A stretch of 64,000 nucleotides of DNA from an uncultured Phycisphaerales bacterium (GCA_963844715.1 CAWJPJ010000004.1:32001-96000), one strand, 5' to 3'. Positions 22,471-34,532 are shown, counted from the stretch's first letter. Notes: a model not told the origin generated them from the letters alone. Numbers and translations are program-made.

Positions 22471-22541
22471 TGGAGCGACGGGGAATCGAACCCCGATTTG
22501 CTGAATGCGATTCAGCCGTCATCCCGTTAGACCATCGCCCC
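22471..22541 (-). tRNA. tRNA-Ala (anticodon CGC)
   Basis: GGGGCGA/TCGCTCC acceptor stem with G3:U70; anticodon stem GCTGA/TCAGC with loop ATCGCAT; T-loop GTTCGATTC; CCA not encoded. Confidence 0.93.
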
Positions 22542-22562
22542 GGGAAAAATTGTAGGTGGGCC

Positions 22563-22590
22563 ATTCTAGAACACCCTATTGGAGGGTCAA
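22563..22590 (-). promoter_or_regulatory. Putative sigma70 promoter of tRNA-Ala
   Basis: Minus strand TTGACC-16 bp-TAGAAT about 20 bp upstream of the tRNA. Confidence 0.5.
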
Positions 22591-22768
22591 GTTTGGCGAA
22601 AAAGCGATGGAAAATGAGGAAATGAACGGTTTACATCAAAATAAGTGAAACAATCGGCCCGTTTGGCAGTTTATTTCTTTGACGAGGGAAATTATGCAGT
22701 CCTATGGTTCATATAGCGTGTCTGAAGATATGAATACTCGTGCTCCTGTCGATTCGAAGGAGAGCCGT

Positions 22769-23095
22769 ATGCAAAATGTGGAGTCGGTCGTCGGCCAGGA
22801 TGTCGAACAACTGACTAATCTGTTTCGTCTTTTGTCCGACCGGACCCGGCTGAATATTCTGCTCACTCTGGCCGAGGGGGAGCGGAACGTGGGTAGTTTG
22901 TGCCACGAATTAGGTTTGCCGCAGCCCACTGTGAGCCATCACCTGGGCCTTTTGCGCGTGAACAACATCATCACCAATCACCGCAAGGGGAAGCAGGTTT
23001 ATTACTCGCTGGGCGGCGCGGTCAGCAGAGACGACGCGGGGTTGCAGACCAGCGTTGAGAATTACGCGGTGAAGATTTCCAAGAAGCCGGCGTAA
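22769..23095 (+). CDS. ArsR/SmtB-family regulator
   Basis: FRLLSDRTRLNIL, LPQPTVSHHLGLLR and RKGKQVYYSL; AAGGAG RBS. Confidence 0.9.
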   Translation: MQNVESVVGQDVEQLTNLFRLLSDRTRLNILLTLAEGERNVGSLCHELGLPQPTVSHHLGLLRVNNIITNHRKGKQVYYSLGGAVSRDDAGLQTSVENYAVKISKKPA

Positions 23096-23141
23096 CGTTG
23101 GCCGGGGGGCATCCGGTGGAACGAGTTCCACCGGCTTCGCG

Positions 23142-24095
23142 TCAGGCGGGGGGGTCGTCTCGGAATATTCGGCCTGTGGCTTCGATGAAGACGTCTTCCA
23201 GGGTGGGTTTTCCAACCGAGACGGAATCGATGAGGCCGGGCATGGCCTCGATTAATTGCGGAACAAATTCGTAACCGCGCTGCCGCTCAAGGCGAACGAC
23301 ACCATCCAGCGCTTCGGCTTTCAAATTAAATTTTTCGAGGATCGTTTGAGCAACCACCGCCGGCTGCGCGCTGTGGAGTGTGATGACGTCGCCGCCGATG
23401 CGCTCCTTGAGCGCGGCGGGCGAGTCGCAGGCGGCTAGTTTGCCGTGATCGACGATTGCGAGCCGGGAGCATCGATCGCCCTCGTCCATCAGGTGCGTTG
23501 TTAGCAAGACCGTCACACCGTCGTTTTGCTGGACTTCGTGAAGATATCGCCAGAGATCGATTCTGGCGGTGGGGTCGAGGCCGGTGCTCGGTTCGTCGAG
23601 TAATAAAACCTTCGGGCGGTTGAGCATTCCCTTGGCGAGTTCGACGCGGCGGCGCATGCCGCCGGAAAATCCCTCGACGCGATCGCGGCGCCGATCGGCC
23701 AGGCCGACGCGATCCAGAAGTTGATTGATGCGTTGTTTTAGTTCCGCGCCGTGCAGGCCGTAGAGATGTCCCTGGTGGCGGAGGTTTTCCTCGGCGGTCA
23801 ACTGCTTGTCGAGACTTGGGGATTGGAAGACCACGCCGATCTGGCGGCGAAGCTCATCGCGATTTGCGCGCAAGTCGAGTCCGAGCATGGTTACTTTGCC
23901 GGGCTCGACGGGAATGAGCGTGCTGAGAATTCTAAAGAGGGTGGTTTTGCCGCTGCCGTTGGGACCGAGGAATCCGAAGATTTCGCCGCGGCGGACTTCG
24001 AGGGAAAGATCGTCCAATGCCAGGCGCGGCGGCTTGACGCCGTAGTCGTGGCTCAGGTGGTCGACTCGAACGATGGTGGTGTCGGTTTCGCTCAC
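23142..24095 (-). CDS. ABC transporter ATP-binding protein (DrrA/NodI-like)
   Basis: Walker A GPNGSGKT, signature FSGGMRRR, LLLDEP and C-terminal PTLEDVF. Confidence 0.93.
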   Translation of the reverse strand: MSETDTTIVRVDHLSHDYGVKPPRLALDDLSLEVRRGEIFGFLGPNGSGKTTLFRILSTLIPVEPGKVTMLGLDLRANRDELRRQIGVVFQSPSLDKQLTAEENLRHQGHLYGLHGAELKQRINQLLDRVGLADRRRDRVEGFSGGMRRRVELAKGMLNRPKVLLLDEPSTGLDPTARIDLWRYLHEVQQNDGVTVLLTTHLMDEGDRCSRLAIVDHGKLAACDSPAALKERIGGDVITLHSAQPAVVAQTILEKFNLKAEALDGVVRLERQRGYEFVPQLIEAMPGLIDSVSVGKPTLEDVFIEATGRIFRDDPPA

Positions 24096-24817
24096 GGCAA
24101 TTGGAAAACGAACTTCACGTCGCTGGTGCTCGAATCCGACACGGTAATGCTTTGCTGCTGCTGGGGCAAAGCCTCATGCCAGGCGGCCAGCGTGTAGTTG
24201 CCGGGCGGGACGTGGGAGATCGTGAAGCTTCCGTCGGAGGAGGTCACGGCGAAATACGGGTGGTTGAATACGCCGATCCAGGCGGTCATCCAGGGGTGAA
24301 CGTCGCATTTCACGCGAAAGGGCGGCTCCGGGTCTTGCAGGGTGATTTGCTTCGAGCTGGGGCTTGAGAAGGCGAAATTAAAGGGGGGATTTTGTACATC
24401 CTGAAACTGGACATTGTGCATGCACGTATCGCTCGATTTGATGATCAACGGCTGGCCGGTTTGGACGGCCAGAACATGGGGGACGTAAACGCAATTGACC
24501 TGATCGAGGACGGCGGGGGGCTTGCCCGTGGCGGGTTTGGGGTCTTCGGGGGCGTTGGCGAGAAAGACGATGACATTTTGGATGCCGCCGCTGGGGTCGC
24601 ACACGAGCGTTTCATCCTTGATTTGCGGAGAACCGGGAATCAATAGTTGCGTCGGGGGAGTGCCGGCTAGAACGACTTTGCCCGTGATGGTTCCGCTGCC
24701 GGCCGTGGGATTCACGTCCGCGGAAACGGAAGACGGTTGTGAACCGCGCCCGCACCCGGCAAGCAGGGCGGGGAGCAAAACAAGCGTCACAATCGGATAT
24801 CTCAAAAAGCCGCGCAC
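24092..24817 (-). CDS. Lipoprotein with carboxypeptidase-regulatory-like/cupredoxin-like domain
   Basis: Lipobox LAGC; DQVNCVYVPHV, MHNV, KCDVHPWM (possible Cu ligands) and PPGNYTLAAWHE. Confidence 0.7.
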   Translation of the reverse strand: MRGFLRYPIVTLVLLPALLAGCGRGSQPSSVSADVNPTAGSGTITGKVVLAGTPPTQLLIPGSPQIKDETLVCDPSGGIQNVIVFLANAPEDPKPATGKPPAVLDQVNCVYVPHVLAVQTGQPLIIKSSDTCMHNVQFQDVQNPPFNFAFSSPSSKQITLQDPEPPFRVKCDVHPWMTAWIGVFNHPYFAVTSSDGSFTISHVPPGNYTLAAWHEALPQQQQSITVSDSSTSDVKFVFQLP

Positions 24818-24822
24818 CGGGT

Positions 24823-25729
24823 TCAGGTCCGATCCAACATAAGCATCGTGAGCAAAATCGGCAGATAAATGATCGAGGCCAGGAAAAGTCTACGTGCGTC
24901 AAGACGAGTTCGGCGGATCGCGGCGCCGGCTGCGAAATACATCAGCGCCAGGCCCAGGATCATGGCGGAAACAAAATAGAGGCGTCCGGAGATGCCGAGC
25001 ATCGCGGGGACGAGCGTGATGGGGATCAGCGCGGCGGCGTAAAACAGAATCTGCCGCCCGGTCATTCGCCCGCTGCTGTCGATGACCGGCAGCATCTGGA
25101 ATCCGCCTTTGCGATAGTCTTCGCGATAAAGAACGGCAATCGCCAGGAAATGCGGAATCTGCCAGATGAAGAGGATGGCGAACATCGCGACGGCGGCGGG
25201 GGCGAGAGAACCGGTGATGGCCGTCCAGCCCATGACGGGGGGAATCGCACCGGGGATCGCGCCGACGACCGTGTTCAAGCTGGTGCGGCGTTTTAGGGGG
25301 GTGTAAAGCAAAACGTAGCTGGCGAGCGTGAACGTGCCCAGAGCGGCGGTCAATGTATTGACGAAGAAGTAGAGGATCAGGCCGCCGAGAAGTCCGCAGA
25401 TCAGGCCCAGCAAGAGCGCGTTTTTTGTGCCGATGCGCCGAGTGGGGAGGGGTCGGTTGGCGGTTCGAACCATGAGGCCGTCGTAGCGGCGTTCGATGAC
25501 CTGATTGAGGATGCTGGCCGCCGCGGCGCACACGCGCGGTGCCGATCATCGTGCAGGGGAGGCGATGCCAATCGGCGGGAACTTGCGCCGCCATGCAGCA
25601 GCCGACCATGGTCGTTCCCAAAACCAGTAGATTCATGCGGGGGCGGATGAGGACCAGGAGATCGGCCAGGCGCGAGGGCCGGGCGGTGATCGGCACGGGA
25701 GAAGAGAGAATGGTTTCGGCGGTACTCAT
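24823..25729 (-). CDS. ctaB: Protoheme IX farnesyltransferase (heme O synthase); frameshift near 25535
   Basis: NQVIERRYDGLMVRTANRPLP, YTPLKR, GAIPGAIPPVMGW and WQIPHF...YREDY. Confidence 0.93.
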
Positions 25730-26843
25730 TGCGGCGATAACTCAAATTCCGAATCGTGCGTACTTGGTACGGCCGACCGAACCTGCCGGCGGTGGGGGAT
25801 CGACCTCAGCAGAGCCACCGACCGAATTACCGTGATCCAGCAAACCATGAGCACGAGCGAGCCTACGGCGAGGTGCAGCGACGCGATATCGGCCGGTTTA
25901 CGCAGAAGCACGGTCAGGATACCGAGGGTGATCTGAGTTGGAATCAGCGCGATGAGCATCCACGCCGGGCGCGTCAGCGCCGATTGACTCGGGACGCGGC
26001 GCAGGATCGTAAACACCAGCCAGCCGGTGGCAATCGTGACCAAGAGCGCGCCGATGCGATGCGCGAAGTGAATCCAGATCTGAAAAAGCGTGACGCGATT
26101 CAGTCCCAGATCGACTCCGAAACGATGGATCGCCTCGCGGCGGAAGGCGTCGTTTATCGCCAGCGGGGGAAGAATCTTGCCGAAGCTCAACGGGAAATCG
26201 GGAATTGCCAGCCCCGCGTCGTTGTGCCGCATGACGGCGCCGATGAGGAGTTGAACCGCCACGGTGATCGAGGCGGCGATCGCCAGGGCCATGACCTGGG
26301 CGACCGCGACGGTCTGCTCGGGGCGAAGATCTTTTGGCGTGGTCCAGAAACGCGAAGTCATGACGCAATACGTCGCCATGAAGCAGAAGACGAGTTGCTG
26401 CGCAGCCGTGGACGATGGCCAGGTCGCGCTCGATTGAGAACAACGCGCAGGCCGCCGAGCACGCCCTGAAACAACACGGCAAAGAAGATTCCCAAGGCCG
26501 TGAAGCGAACCCACCGGCGGCGGTCGGTTCTCCACGCGACGATTACCAGCAGGATGGAAAGGAATCCGACCAGCGTGGCCAGCAGGCGGTGGGTGTGCTC
26601 GAAGAAGATTCCCCCGACCCATTTGCTGGGGGGGAAGGTGAACATGTTGTATCCCCAGGAATTGGGCCAGTCCGGAACGCTCATCCCCGCACCGTGACTG
26701 GTGACGAGGCCACCGAGGAAAATGAGCGGGAACGTGGCGACGGCGGTGAGCAGCGCCATGACGTGCAGCCGGGAATTGAAGTGATGGCGTTCCACGGGTC
26801 CGATAAAGGCCAATTGCGTTCCGGAAGATCGACTATAGGACAA
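25726..26843 (-). CDS. ctaA: Heme A synthase COX15/CtaA; frameshifted near 26400-26440
   Basis: GGLVTSHGAGMSVPDWP, FFEHTHR, QGVLGGLRV, HFAHRIGA and SLHLAVG. Confidence 0.88.
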
Positions 26844-26927
26844 TGCCGCAACTGGAACAAGGTCAGAACCTGAATCCTGTGGCGTCGGTTAGCCGATTAA
26901 TAGAGGACTACGAACCGGAGTTTATCT

Positions 26928-27617
26928 ATGCGCAGACTAACGGCGGCGATTTTGGCGGCGGCGGCACTGGGAATGTGGGGCTGCTCGAGCAGCCATACTC
27001 AATCAACCGAGTCGGCTCAGCAGCAGTCGCTGCGAGAAGCGGATGAGAAAGCCACGATGGACCTGGGCAAGACGCCCATCACCGCCAATACGCGATTCGC
27101 GGCGGGGCAAATGGCTGAGTCGGAAGGGAATTACGCAGCCGCTGTTGTGCAGTATCAGTACGCCGTCAAGCTCAACCCGAAGCACGAACTGGCGCTTTAT
27201 CGCTTGGGCGTCATCTTTACGCAGTTCAAGCAATTCGATCAGGCGATCAGCGCCTGGCAGCAGTATGTGATCGCGACCAACCAGGCCGCCGGCGCATACG
27301 GAAATCTCGGATTCTGCTACGAGTTGTCGGGCAAGCCGGCTCTGGCGGAGTCCACCTATCAGACCGGCCTGAAACACGAATACCTGAATTTATTGTGCCG
27401 GACCAACTACGGCCTGATGCTGGCGCGGCAGGGCCGCACGCAGGATGCGGAGAGCATCTGGCGTCCGGTTCTGAGCGATGCGCAGATTCACTACAACTTT
27501 GCCAGCGTGTATCAGCTCGAAGGCCGCAAAACCCAGGCGAAAGCGGAGTATCAGCGGGCCTTGGACCTTGATCCGAACTTAACCGACGCCCAACAGAGGC
27601 TCGCGTCGCTCGAATAG
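26928..27617 (+). CDS. TPR lipoprotein
   Basis: Signal peptide with lipobox MWGC; several TPR repeats. Confidence 0.8.
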   Translation: MRRLTAAILAAAALGMWGCSSSHTQSTESAQQQSLREADEKATMDLGKTPITANTRFAAGQMAESEGNYAAAVVQYQYAVKLNPKHELALYRLGVIFTQFKQFDQAISAWQQYVIATNQAAGAYGNLGFCYELSGKPALAESTYQTGLKHEYLNLLCRTNYGLMLARQGRTQDAESIWRPVLSDAQIHYNFASVYQLEGRKTQAKAEYQRALDLDPNLTDAQQRLASLE

Positions 27618-27638
27618 GTTTGTGAGATCGCAAACAGA

Positions 27639-27673
27639 GCCGGCGGATAACCATCCGCCGGCTTTCTTTTTTT
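27639..27673 (+). terminator. Intrinsic terminator
   Basis: GCCGGCGGAT-AACC-ATCCGCCGGC followed by TTTCTTTTTTT. Confidence 0.85.
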
Positions 27674-27840
27674 GTGCGGAGGGTTTCTTGCGGGATTGCA
27701 ATCTGGTCGTGAATATGTAAATTTCCGCGTGCGACCAAATGCCACACCCGTTCGGTATCGCTGTTGAGACGGGGTGTCGATAAGATCGCGGCCGTTGTTG
27801 CGAATGGATGGCGCTGACGCCCGGGACTTAGACATTTCCG

Positions 27841-28521
27841 ATGCAGCACGAGTGGTACGAAAAACCCTTTGTCTTCCCCAAGTGGGCGAATTACCTGCTT
27901 CCAGCCATAGTGATTGGGGCAATCGGCGGCATGTTTTATGTGCCGACGGTGGTGGACCTCGGTGCGTCGCCGCTGACGCTGGCGGTGGGGTACTCGCCGG
28001 TTCAGCCGGTGCCGTATAGTCACGCCCTTCACGCCGGAACGCTGGGGATTGACTGCCGGTATTGCCACACGACGGTTGAAAAGGCCGCCTTCGCCGCTCT
28101 GCCCCCGACGGAAACCTGCATGAACTGCCACACCAATATCCGCAATCAGAGCAACAAGCTGCTGCCGATCCGCCAGAGCTGGGCGACGGGTAAGCCCGTC
28201 GAGTGGGTGCGGGTGCATCAGCTTCCGGATTACGTTTACTTCAATCACAGCGCCCACGTCATGCACGGCGTCGGCTGCATCGAATGCCACGGGCGCATCG
28301 ACCGGATGGAGCAGGTCTATCAGGCCAAGCCGCTGAGCATGGGATGGTGCCTGGAATGCCATCGCGATCCGGGCCCGCATCTGCGGCCGCCCGATGTTTC
28401 TCCAACCGACATGAATTGGGTCCCCGGCGATAATCCCGAAGTTTTAGCGCAACAGCTTATTCAGGTGTATGGGATCCACGACAAGGCGTATATGACCAGT
28501 TGTTCGACGTGCCATCGATAA
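27841..28521 (+). CDS. actA: Alternative complex III pentaheme cytochrome c subunit
   Basis: N-terminal TM helix, PVQPVPYSHALH and five CxxCH motifs (CRYCH, CMNCH, CIECH, CLECH, CSTCH). Confidence 0.93.
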   Translation: MQHEWYEKPFVFPKWANYLLPAIVIGAIGGMFYVPTVVDLGASPLTLAVGYSPVQPVPYSHALHAGTLGIDCRYCHTTVEKAAFAALPPTETCMNCHTNIRNQSNKLLPIRQSWATGKPVEWVRVHQLPDYVYFNHSAHVMHGVGCIECHGRIDRMEQVYQAKPLSMGWCLECHRDPGPHLRPPDVSPTDMNWVPGDNPEVLAQQLIQVYGIHDKAYMTSCSTCHR

Positions 28522-28527
28522 TGAAAC

Positions 28528-31500
28528 ATGAAGCATCACGCTAGACAACGTGACTATTGGCGAAGCCTGGAGCACCTGGCGCAGACGCCGGAAATCCGCG
28601 CCATGGCGGAGAACGAATTCAGCGAGTACGACCCGGCGGAGATGCTGAAGCTGCCGGCCGTGACGCGGCGGCGATTCGTTCAGCTCATGAGCGCGTCGAT
28701 GGCATTGGCGGGTCTGACGCTGAGCGGATGCCGGCGCTGGCCGCAGGATAAGCTCGCGCCTTACACCAGCAATCCGGCCAGTCGAATTCCGGGAATCCCG
28801 GAGCAATACGCGACGGTGATGGAAATCAACGGCGTCGCCAGCCCGCTGCTGGTCACGAGCTTCGACGGGCGGCCCGATCAAGATCGAGGGGAATCCTACC
28901 CATCCCTATTCGCAAACCGTCGCCGGGAAACTCGGCTCGGCGGATGCGATGGCGCAGGCCTCGGTGTTGGAGTTGTACGATCCGGATCGGCTTACTTCAG
29001 TGATCGACCGCACGGGTTCACCCGACAAGATGTCCGATTGGGACGCCCTTGCCGCGGCGTTGCGCGGGGCGATGAGCAGCCTGCCGGGCGACTCAATGCA
29101 GGGCTTGGCGATATTGAGCCAGGCGACGAGCAGCCCGACCCGCGAGCGATTGCGCGAACAAATCGCCAGGAAATACGGCAAAATTCAGTGGGTTGAATTC
29201 GAATCTCTCAGCCGGGACAACGAGACGGCCGGCAGCATTCTGGCGCTGGGCAAGCCGGCCCGGCAGGTGCTGCATCTCGATAAGGCGTCGGTGGTGGTCT
29301 GTCTGGATGCCGATCCGCTTTTGACGCATCCGGCGCACACGAAATATTCCAGTGATTGGGCCAGCCGGCGCCGCTCGGCGGACACCGGGTCGATGAACCG
29401 CGTTTATGTCGCCGAAAGCACGCTGACGACGACCGGCTCTGTCGCCGATGTGCGCTTAGGCGTTCTGCCTTCGCGGATCAGTCCGATCCTGGCGGCATTG
29501 GCGGCCAAGTTGGGCGTGGGAAGTTCATCCGGGCAGCTTTCGGACGATGAACAGGATTTCGTTAATCGAGCCGCCGCGGATATTTCGGCGCACGGGTCTT
29601 CTTCCGTCGTCGTGCTGGGGAGTTACATTTCTCCGCAGGATCACGCCGTGGCGCTCGCCCTGAACAACGCGATCGGCGCGATCGGCAATACGCTGACGCT
29701 GCACGAAATTCCGATCGATCAGCGGCCGGATCATTTCGCGGCTCTGGGGCAGCTTGCCGATCAGATGAAATCCGGGGCGGTGACGACGCTGATCATGCTC
29801 GGCGGCAATCCCGTTTATGATTCCCCGGCCGATATTGATTTCGTCGGGGCGCTGAAGGCCGTTCCCAATTCGATTCATCTGACTCTTTACGACAACGAAA
29901 CAACGCAGCTTTGCAAATGGGCGGTTCCGCAGGCGCATTATCTGGAATCGTGGTCGGACGCGCGGGCCTGGGATGGGACGGTCAGCGTCGTTCAGCCTTT
30001 GATTGAACCGCTCTACGGCGGGCAGACGCCGGAGCAATTGCTTGCATTCATCGCAGGCGAAAAACAAACGGATAGCGACGTATTGGTCCGCTCGACATTC
30101 AGCAGTCTCCTGCCGGCGGGGGACGCGGATGCGGATTATCGCCGCGTGCTCAACGACGGGATGCTCTCAGGGAGCGCTTATCCGCAAATCAGCGCGACGA
30201 TTCAGCCGCTGGTTACAGCAGCTCCCGCCGCGACGGCAGCCTCGGGGATGGAAATCCGTTTCCTCGCCAGCCCATATCTTTACGACGGCAGATTCGCCGG
30301 CAGCGGGTGGCTTCAGGAAATGCCCAATCCGCTGACCAAACTGGTTTGGGACAACGCCGCCCTGATTTCAAAGGCCGATGCGGATCAAATGGGAGTCGAA
30401 CTCGGCGACATGCTCCAGATCACGCTGGACGGGCGCTCACTTCAGATTCCGGCGTTTATTCTGCCGGGCCAGCCCAAAGGCGTGATTGGTCTGACCCTTG
30501 GCTACGGCCGGAGTGCGGCGGGGCACATCGGCACGGGCGTCGGGGTCAATGTAAATGTTATTCGCTCGGGCGCGCACGCTTTCGCGGCGTCGGGCGCCAA
30601 AGTCGTCAAGACCGGCGAGACCTACAGCCTTGTAACCACTCAGGATTACCACCTCCTCGACTCGTTGGGCATCAAACAGCGGCAGGAACAGGTCGGCGAG
30701 AAGAAATTCCACAGCGGCGAGATCATCAAGGAAGCGACGCTTGCCGAATATTCGGCCGATCCGGCGCTCTTTCAGCGCAAGGACGATGGGAGTCTGGCGC
30801 TTCAGCTTTGGCAGCCGCCGAACACCTTTAACGATCCGCACGCCTGGGGGATGGCGATCGACTTGGGCAGTTGCATCGGGTGTCACGCTTGCGTGGTCGC
30901 CTGCCAGGCGGAGAACAACATTCCGATCGTGGGCAAGGATCAAGTCGAGCGCAATCGCGAAATGCACTGGATTCGCATCGACCGCTATTTCAAGGGAGAG
31001 GCGGACGATCCGAATCCGGAGGTTGTCTATCAGCCGCTTACGTGCCAGCAGTGCGAAAACGCGCCGTGCGAGCAGGTCTGCCCCGTGGGGGCGACGATGC
31101 ACGACACCGAAGGGCTGAACGTGATGGTTTACAACCGTTGCGTCGGCACGCGATATTGCAGCAACAACTGCCCCTACAAAGTCCGCCGGTTCAATTATCT
31201 GGATTGGCAAAGCCAGGACCCGCGGAACGACAAATATCCGAAGCCGTATTTGAATATCCCGGACCAGCAGCAATTGGAACAGGTGAATCAGATCAAGCGG
31301 ATGGTCTTTAATCCGGAAGTGACGCTCCGCATGCGCGGCGTGATGGAAAAGTGCACCTTCTGCGTGCAGCGCATTCACGTCACGCAGACGGCCAAGAGAG
31401 CCGCCGGCGAGGAATTGGCCGACGGCGATATCGTGACGGCCTGCCAGCAGGCTTGCCCGACGCAGGCGATCGTCTTCGGCGATTTGAACGATCCGAATTC

Positions 31501-31609
31501 GAAGGTCTCACAATGGCATCAGAACAATCGGGCCTTTGCCCTGTTGGATGCCGATTTGAATACCCGGCCGCGCAACCGGTTTTTGGCGAAGATCAGTAAT
31601 CCGGCATAA
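28528..31609 (+). CDS. actB: Alternative complex III subunit B (Tat-exported molybdopterin-oxidoreductase-like plus Fe-S domains); frameshift near 28877
   Basis: YWRSLE, TRRRFVQLM Tat motif, CIGCHACVVACQAENN, CQQCENAPCEQVCP, RCVGTRYCSNNCPYK and EKCTFCVQR. Confidence 0.93.
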
Positions 31610-31630
31610 CCAAGCCGGCAGGATGTGCAG

Positions 31631-33199
31631 ATGGACAGCGAAGCTTCAGCACTGTTTGCCAATATTGCCCGCCAGCACGACGCGGACAACACGACGGACG
31701 ATCCGCGCTTCCGCGCGCCGCTGGTGGTCGGCGGGAATGATCTCGGCGGGGTGACGGCGACGGTCGCCGGCGTTTCCGAGCGGAAGCCGCCGCCGGCGTG
31801 GTATGTCGCGTTCGCCATTTCGCTGAGCCTGCTGGGCCTGCTCGGATTCTGCATCGCGTATTTGTTCCTCACGGGCGTCGGGGTTTGGGGAAACAATCAG
31901 CCGGCGGCGTGGGGCTTTGGCATCGTCAATTTCGTTTTTTGGGTCGGAATCGGGCACGCCGGCACGCTCATCAGCGCGATTCTGTTTCTATTCCGGCAGA
32001 ACTGGCGCACGGGCATTAACCGCATGGCCGAGGCGATGACGATTTTCGCGGTCGTTTGCGCCGGAATGTTCCCGGGCATTCACGTCGGCCGGCCCTGGCT
32101 CGCATACTGGCTCTTTCCGCTGCCGAATCAGATGGAGATGTGGCCGCAGTTCAGGTCTCCGTTGCTTTGGGACGTTTTCGCCGTCGGAACTTATGCGACC
32201 GTTTCGCTGCTCTTCTGGTACACGGGAATGGTGCCGGACATCGCGACGTTCCGCGACCGCGCCAAAACTCGGACCAAGCAGGTCATTTACGGCATTTTGT
32301 CTCTCGGTTGGAATGGATCGAGCCGGCATTGGCACCGATATGAGCGGGCTTACCTGCTCCTGGCCGCCTTGGCGACGCCGCTGGTGTTGTCGGTGCACTC
32401 GGTCGTCAGTTTCGATTTCGCGGTCGCGCAATTGCCCGGGTGGCATACGACGATCTTTCCGCCCTATTTCGTCGCCGGGGCGATCTTCGGCGGGTTCGCG
32501 ATGGTGCTCTGCCTGGCCATCCCGGCTCGCGAGCTTTTCGGGCTTAAGGACATCATTACCAAGCGCCACCTTGAGAACATGGCCAAGATTCTTCTGGCCA
32601 CCGGCATGATGGTCGGCTATGCCTACATGACCGAATTCTTCATCGCCGCTTACGGCGGCGATCCCCACGAGCAGTTCACGTTCCTCAATCGCGCTCTTGG
32701 CCCCTATGGGTGGAGTTACTTCACGATGATCTTCTGCAACGTCATCGCGCCACAGTTGATGTGGTCGAAGAAATTGCGGACCAACGTGTGGGTGCTCTGG
32801 ATCGTGGCAATGTTCGCCAACGCGGGGATGTGGTTCGAGCGATTTGTGATCATTGTGACGTCGCTGACGCGCGATTTCCTGCCGTCGAGCTGGCACAATT
32901 ACTGGCCGACCTGGGTCGATCTGTGCACGCTGGCGGGAAGCTTTGGATTGTTCATGACGCTATTTTTGCTCTTCTGCCGCTATCTGCCGACCGTGGCGAT
33001 GGCGGAGGTGAAGACGGTGATGCCGCAGGCCGCACTCGCACGGCGGGCACACGGAAGACGAGCGGCGAACCGATTATCGCCCCGACGAGCACCACGATCC
33101 GGACCGCGACGCGCCCAGATTTGCCAACCGCTAGAAATGGCGGGAGTTTGTTATGTCGACACAAACACACGAACATCCCACGGAAACGGCAGCGGCTGA
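31631..33199 (+). CDS. actC: Alternative complex III NrfD-like quinol-oxidising subunit (C-terminus probably frameshifted)
   Basis: [40 protein letters not shown] and [11 protein letters not shown]. Confidence 0.93.
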   Translation: MDSEASALFANIARQHDADNTTDDPRFRAPLVVGGNDLGGVTATVAGVSERKPPPAWYVAFAISLSLLGLLGFCIAYLFLTGVGVWGNNQPAAWGFGIVNFVFWVGIGHAGTLISAILFLFRQNWRTGINRMAEAMTIFAVVCAGMFPGIHVGRPWLAYWLFPLPNQMEMWPQFRSPLLWDVFAVGTYATVSLLFWYTGMVPDIATFRDRAKTRTKQVIYGILSLGWNGSSRHWHRYERAYLLLAALATPLVLSVHSVVSFDFAVAQLPGWHTTIFPPYFVAGAIFGGFAMVLCLAIPARELFGLKDIITKRHLENMAKILLATGMMVGYAYMTEFFIAAYGGDPHEQFTFLNRALGPYGWSYFTMIFCNVIAPQLMWSKKLRTNVWVLWIVAMFANAGMWFERFVIIVTSLTRDFLPSSWHNYWPTWVDLCTLAGSFGLFMTLFLLFCRYLPTVAMAEVKTVMPQAALARRAHGRRAANRLSPRRAPRSGPRRAQICQPLEMAGVCYVDTNTRTSHGNGSG

Positions 33200-33734
33200 A
33201 GTGCCGCCGCAACTGACCGGCGTCATCGCCGAGTTCACCACGGTGGACGAAGTCATCGGCGCGGCCCGGCGCGTGCGCGCGGCAGGGTACAAAATCTGGG
33301 ACGTGCACAGCCCGTTCCCGATTCACGGCATCGATGCGGTCATCGGCATCCGTCCGACCATTCTCCCCTGGATCGTTTTGTGCGGGGGATTGAGCGGTTT
33401 GGGCGGGGCGCTGCTGCTGCAGTGGTATTGCAACGCTTTTGATTATCCATTTCTCATCAGTGGAAAGCCTCTGTTCAGCTTGCCGGCGAATATTCCCATC
33501 ATTTTCGAGGGGACCGTTCTCTGTTCGGCGATCTCGGCGGTCGTCGGCATGTTCGCGCTCAACCGCCTGCCGCTGCTTTACAACCCGCTGTTCAAGAGCA
33601 AGCGTTTCCGGCGCGTGACCGACGACCGGTTTTTCATTTATATCGACGCCTCGGACGGGAGATTCGACGAAAAGGGGACCAGCGAATTTCTCTCGTCCCT
33701 GGGGGCGGCCGCCGTGGAGCGGATTGAAGACTGA
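33153..33734 (+). CDS. actD: Alternative complex III subunit D (DUF3341)
   Basis: [19 protein letters not shown] and IPIIFE; position in the act operon. Confidence 0.9.
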   Translation: MSTQTHEHPTETAAAEVPPQLTGVIAEFTTVDEVIGAARRVRAAGYKIWDVHSPFPIHGIDAVIGIRPTILPWIVLCGGLSGLGGALLLQWYCNAFDYPFLISGKPLFSLPANIPIIFEGTVLCSAISAVVGMFALNRLPLLYNPLFKSKRFRRVTDDRFFIYIDASDGRFDEKGTSEFLSSLGAAAVERIED

Positions 33735-34527
33735 TGTCGGAACAGACGCCACATTCTCATGACGATCAGCTTCCCCTGGATGCGCCGGCCGAGCTGCCGA
33801 TTCCGCAGCTTCCGCGCCCGCCGTTCTGGATGGTTTCGCTGGCGGTGATTTCGGTGGTGGTCACTTGGCTCCCGCTGGCGCTGATCGCGCGGCGCGGGCG
33901 ACGCGTTCGACGGAGCCGCGCATCCAGATCATGCAGGATATGGGCGTGCAGCCAAAATATAAGGAGCAGGCGACCGATCCGATCTTTGCCGACGATCGGG
34001 CCATGCGTCCGAAGATTCCCGGCACGGTGGCGCGCGGCGAGCTGGACGAGGATGAGGCGTATTACCACGGTTTCACGCGGATTTACGACGCATCGAGCGG
34101 GGCATGGAAAGTGCAGTTTGCCGCCGACTTGCCCGCGCAATATACGGACACGCCGGAGCATCTCGAGAAACTCATCCGCCGGGGCCAGCAGCGATTTAAT
34201 ATTTATTGCTACGTGTGTCACGGGCTGGACGCATCGGGGCACGGCCCGGTCAACGAGCGAGCCATGGAATTGCAGACCAACGGCGTCGCCGGCATGAGTT
34301 GGACGCCGGCGGCGGTGCTGACCAGCGATCTCATCCGCGCCGAGCCGGACGGAAAAATATTCAATACCATCACCAACGGGATTCGCTCGATGCCGGCGTA
34401 TGGGCGCAGGTCCCCGTCGCCGATCGCTGGGCCATTATTTCGTATGTGCGGACGCTTCAGTTCAGCCAGAGATGCGCCCGAATCGGTGGTGCCGAAGGAC
34501 AAGTTGGACGCCCTTAAGGGACAATAA
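33734..34527 (+). CDS. actE: Alternative complex III monoheme cytochrome c subunit; frameshifts near 33890 and 34405-34470
   Basis: QDMGVQPKYK, IPGTVARG, RFNIYCYVCHG and DGKIFNTITNGIRSMPAY. Confidence 0.88.
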
Positions 34528-34532
34528 ATATC

